DNA of 64,000 nucleotides from Methanomassiliicoccaceae archaeon (GTDB lineage Archaea; Thermoplasmatota; Thermoplasmata; Methanomassiliicoccales; Methanomassiliicoccaceae): NCBI GenBank assembly GCA_963728405.1, contig CAVSJV010000005.1, positions 1 to 64,000 of the forward strand, read 5' to 3'. Shown piece by piece: positions 61,841 to 64,000 of this stretch (position 1 is its first letter; each line of letters starts with the position of its first letter). The notes under the pieces were generated by a model. It saw only the letters and a program-made list of their open reading frames with translations, ran no database searches and was not told where the DNA came from. The position numbers and the translations under genes were made by a program.

Positions 61841-63880
61841 CTACGCCTCGGTCAGGAATTCCGGGAACGCTTCCTCGGGCCATTCGAAGCTTGCGAACAC
61901 GCCGTAGAACAGCATCTGGTCGTTCTCGAACGCGAAGCAGACATCGTTGCTGTGGACGCCCACATAGTTGTTGGTGTACAGCACGGCGCTAAGGCTCAGC
62001 TCCACCGGGTAGTCCAGGATGCAGATGGTCATGGTTTCGTTGTCGTAGGCGGTGGAATCGAACTGCACGACCGCCCTATTGTCGTTACCCATGATGACCG
62101 CGGACTCGGTGTGGTAGATGGCCGTGTCGAGTTCCTGGCTGACGCACTCGTGCATGCATGAATGAGTGACCGTGGTGTGGGCAGTGACGTTGGTCCAGGT
62201 GTCCACAGTGACACGGTCATCATAGTTGTGCACGACCACCATCTGCTCATAGCAGACCTCAGTGGCGAACTCCAGCTGGGAATCCAGACCGGTGTGCTCC
62301 AGGGGATTGACCTCGTCGCAGGCATAGGTGGCCTTGGTCTCCATGGTCAGCACGCAGGGCTTCAGCGGCACATCAAGTGTCAGGTAGACGTAGACTCCCA
62401 TGACCCCAGCGTCGTCATCGTAGTTGCAGATCTGGGCATAGGCCACGTTCCTGAGGTCGCATGAGCCGAGCATGAGAGCTGAGACGTTCTCCAGGGTGAA
62501 GCTCATCGCATACGGGTAGCAGTAGCTCTCCCCGGCCTGCAGCACTGGCATGCAGGAGATGTCCACATCGATGGTGGCGACATCCACCCAGCACTCTCCG
62601 TTCCACATCTGCACGGTGTCGGTGACCATCAGACCTTCGGTCGGGCAGTCCCCGGTGTTGGTGACCTTGATGCTCCCCCAAACATTGTAGTTCCCGTCAT
62701 CCCTGATGAGGAACTGGGCAACCTCGACCGGCAGCATCTCAGTGATGCTCTCGGCAGAGCTAGCGTCCACATTGTTGACGGTCCAGCCATCGGGCAGGGC
62801 CATGCCAAGCTCGATCGCCTCGGTCCAGGATACATTGGCCGTCTTCTCGACGCACAGGGTGGTCTCGATCGGGCCGCTGTAGATGGTCACTGGGACATGG
62901 TAGGATATCGCATCGGTGTCCTCGGGAACCAGTATGGCCTGGTTGCATAGCACATATGTCATGTTCCTGGGTGCGTCGACGTTGGTCACTTTGAGGTTGA
63001 CCATGAACTCATAGTGGGTGCATGCGTCGTCCTCAAGGTTCCACGGTCCAACATCGCTCAGAGCCTCGACCTCGAACCCACAGGGTATGCTGAAGTCGTC
63101 CCTGAGGCAGGCCTTTTCATCAACGATGATGATCGTCGGGCAGTCCGGCAGGCAGAACTCTTCGCAGGCCTGTACGCCGAAGCACTCGCCATCATGGTCA
63201 ACGAAGTTCGAGATGATCACGTCGGCCACGTTGCGGTACTGCACGCCCTCGATGGGTTCGAAGACGATCTCGTACGCGTAGGCGTAGCTCTCCCCGGCCG
63301 CTAGCACGGGGTGGCAGGTGGTGTCCACTTGGAAGGTCACGTAATCAACGAACTCTCCCTCGCAGGCCATCGTCTGCACGGTGTCGCAGATGACCAGGTC
63401 CTTGGTATCGAAGCATCCGGTGTTGGTGACGATTATCTCGCCCCTGACGCCGTACACGTCGGTAACGCATGGTCCGGACCGGTCGGCTGATAGCATGTAC
63501 GAGACAACAGCGCTCTCGCCGGGCTCGATCTGGATATCATAGCCGTCGGAATCCTGGGCCTTCAGGACATCATCGTTCTCGTAGACCTCCTTGTACACCG
63601 ACCAGGTGTAGGTATCGGTCTTCTCCCAGAATCCGCTTGCGGTCTTATCAGCGCTGATCGTGGTCAACGCCGGCATTACGGTCTGGTCGTCCCCATTCAC
63701 ATTATCGTCGCCAGTCGTTGGCGTTGTACCCGGTTCGGTGTTAGTATCAGGGTTGGTGTCGCCCTGGTCCGCAGACCCGGTCGATACAGGACCCTGTGCA
63801 GCTATCACCGCTACGGCACCTATTACAACGACTAGCGCTATCGCTAGTGCGATTATTTTTGTTCCATTCTTCGTATTGAA
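61841..63880 (-). CDS. Secreted/surface acidic Cys-rich protein with repeated Ig-like (DUF11/CnaB-like) domains
   Basis: In-frame signal/anchor NTKNGTKIIALAIALVVVIGAVAVIAAQ upstream of 63808, Thr/Pro/Asp linker, two copies of V.G.I.VTNTG..T..L...DTVQ...C.PVL.AGESY.Y.Y...RNVA. Exact start uncertain. Confidence 0.75.
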   Translation of the reverse strand, partial: FNTKNGTKIIALAIALVVVIGAVAVIAAQGPVSTGSADQGDTNPDTNTEPGTTPTTGDDNVNGDDQTVMPALTTISADKTASGFWEKTDTYTWSVYKEVYENDDVLKAQDSDGYDIQIEPGESAVVSYMLSADRSGPCVTDVYGVRGEIIVTNTGCFDTKDLVICDTVQTMACEGEFVDYVTFQVDTTCHPVLAAGESYAYAYEIVFEPIEGVQYRNVADVIISNFVDHDGECFGVQACEEFCLPDCPTIIIVDEKACLRDDFSIPCGFEVEALSDVGPWNLEDDACTHYEFMVNLKVTNVDAPRNMTYVLCNQAILVPEDTDAISYHVPVTIYSGPIETTLCVEKTANVSWTEAIELGMALPDGWTVNNVDASSAESITEMLPVEVAQFLIRDDGNYNVWGSIKVTNTGDCPTEGLMVTDTVQMWNGECWVDVATIDVDISCMPVLQAGESYCYPYAMSFTLENVSALMLGSCDLRNVAYAQICNYDDDAGVMGVYVYLTLDVPLKPCVLTMETKATYACDEVNPLEHTGLDSQLEFATEVCYEQMVVVHNYDDRVTVDTWTNVTAHTTVTHSCMHECVSQELDTAIYHTESAVIMGNDNRAVVQFDSTAYDNETMTICILDYPVELSLSAVLYTNNYVGVHSNDVCFAFENDQMLFYGVFASFEWPEEAFPEFLTEA

Positions 63881-64000
63881 CCCCCCAAATAGGTTTCTAG
63901 AAATTCTTTGGGTGCCAATATTTTATATATCTTTCTATTAATCATAGATAATAATATCATTCAAGATAACAATGTGCAACAGTAGTGCCAGATGCAATGT

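Noticed and set aside
1-64000. CRISPR array, tRNA, rRNA, transposase or integrase
   Set aside because: No regularly spaced short repeats, cloverleaf/T-loop pattern or recombinase motifs were recognised by eye; tRNAscan-SE and Infernal were not run.

Overview
Archaeal genomic DNA, most likely a Methanomassiliicoccales methanogen (inferred from an fpoABCDHIJ1J2KLMN operon without fpoF/fpoO, methanogenesis marker 11, csl4, nob1 and tetrahydrofolate C1 genes). Bases 1-11.2 kb are accessory. They hold a decaying array of [variable hydrophobic C-terminal module + small 2-TM/PH-like partner] cassettes resembling a polymorphic toxin/immunity locus, a dispersed 95-bp repeat, duplicated small beta-proteins with a shared structured leader, an ABC exporter, a DUF2252 protein and a histidine kinase. 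The 11.8-60 kb core holds ravA-viaA, aroA', two COG0523 GTPases, a split glutamate synthase, RNA-processing genes, a prenyl synthase/reductase pair, the Fpo-like complex, uppS, and a folD/fhs/hdrA-like/mvhD/metVF cluster. At 60.7-61.6 kb, two ~255-bp tandem units each encode an unannotated 27-29 aa hydrophobic peptide in a type I toxin-antitoxin-like layout, next to a large Ig-repeat surface protein. Many genes, including essential ones, carry apparent single-base frameshifts, probably assembly errors. No rRNA, tRNA, CRISPR array, transposase or integrase was recognised. All calls come from reading the sequence by eye; no database searches were run.
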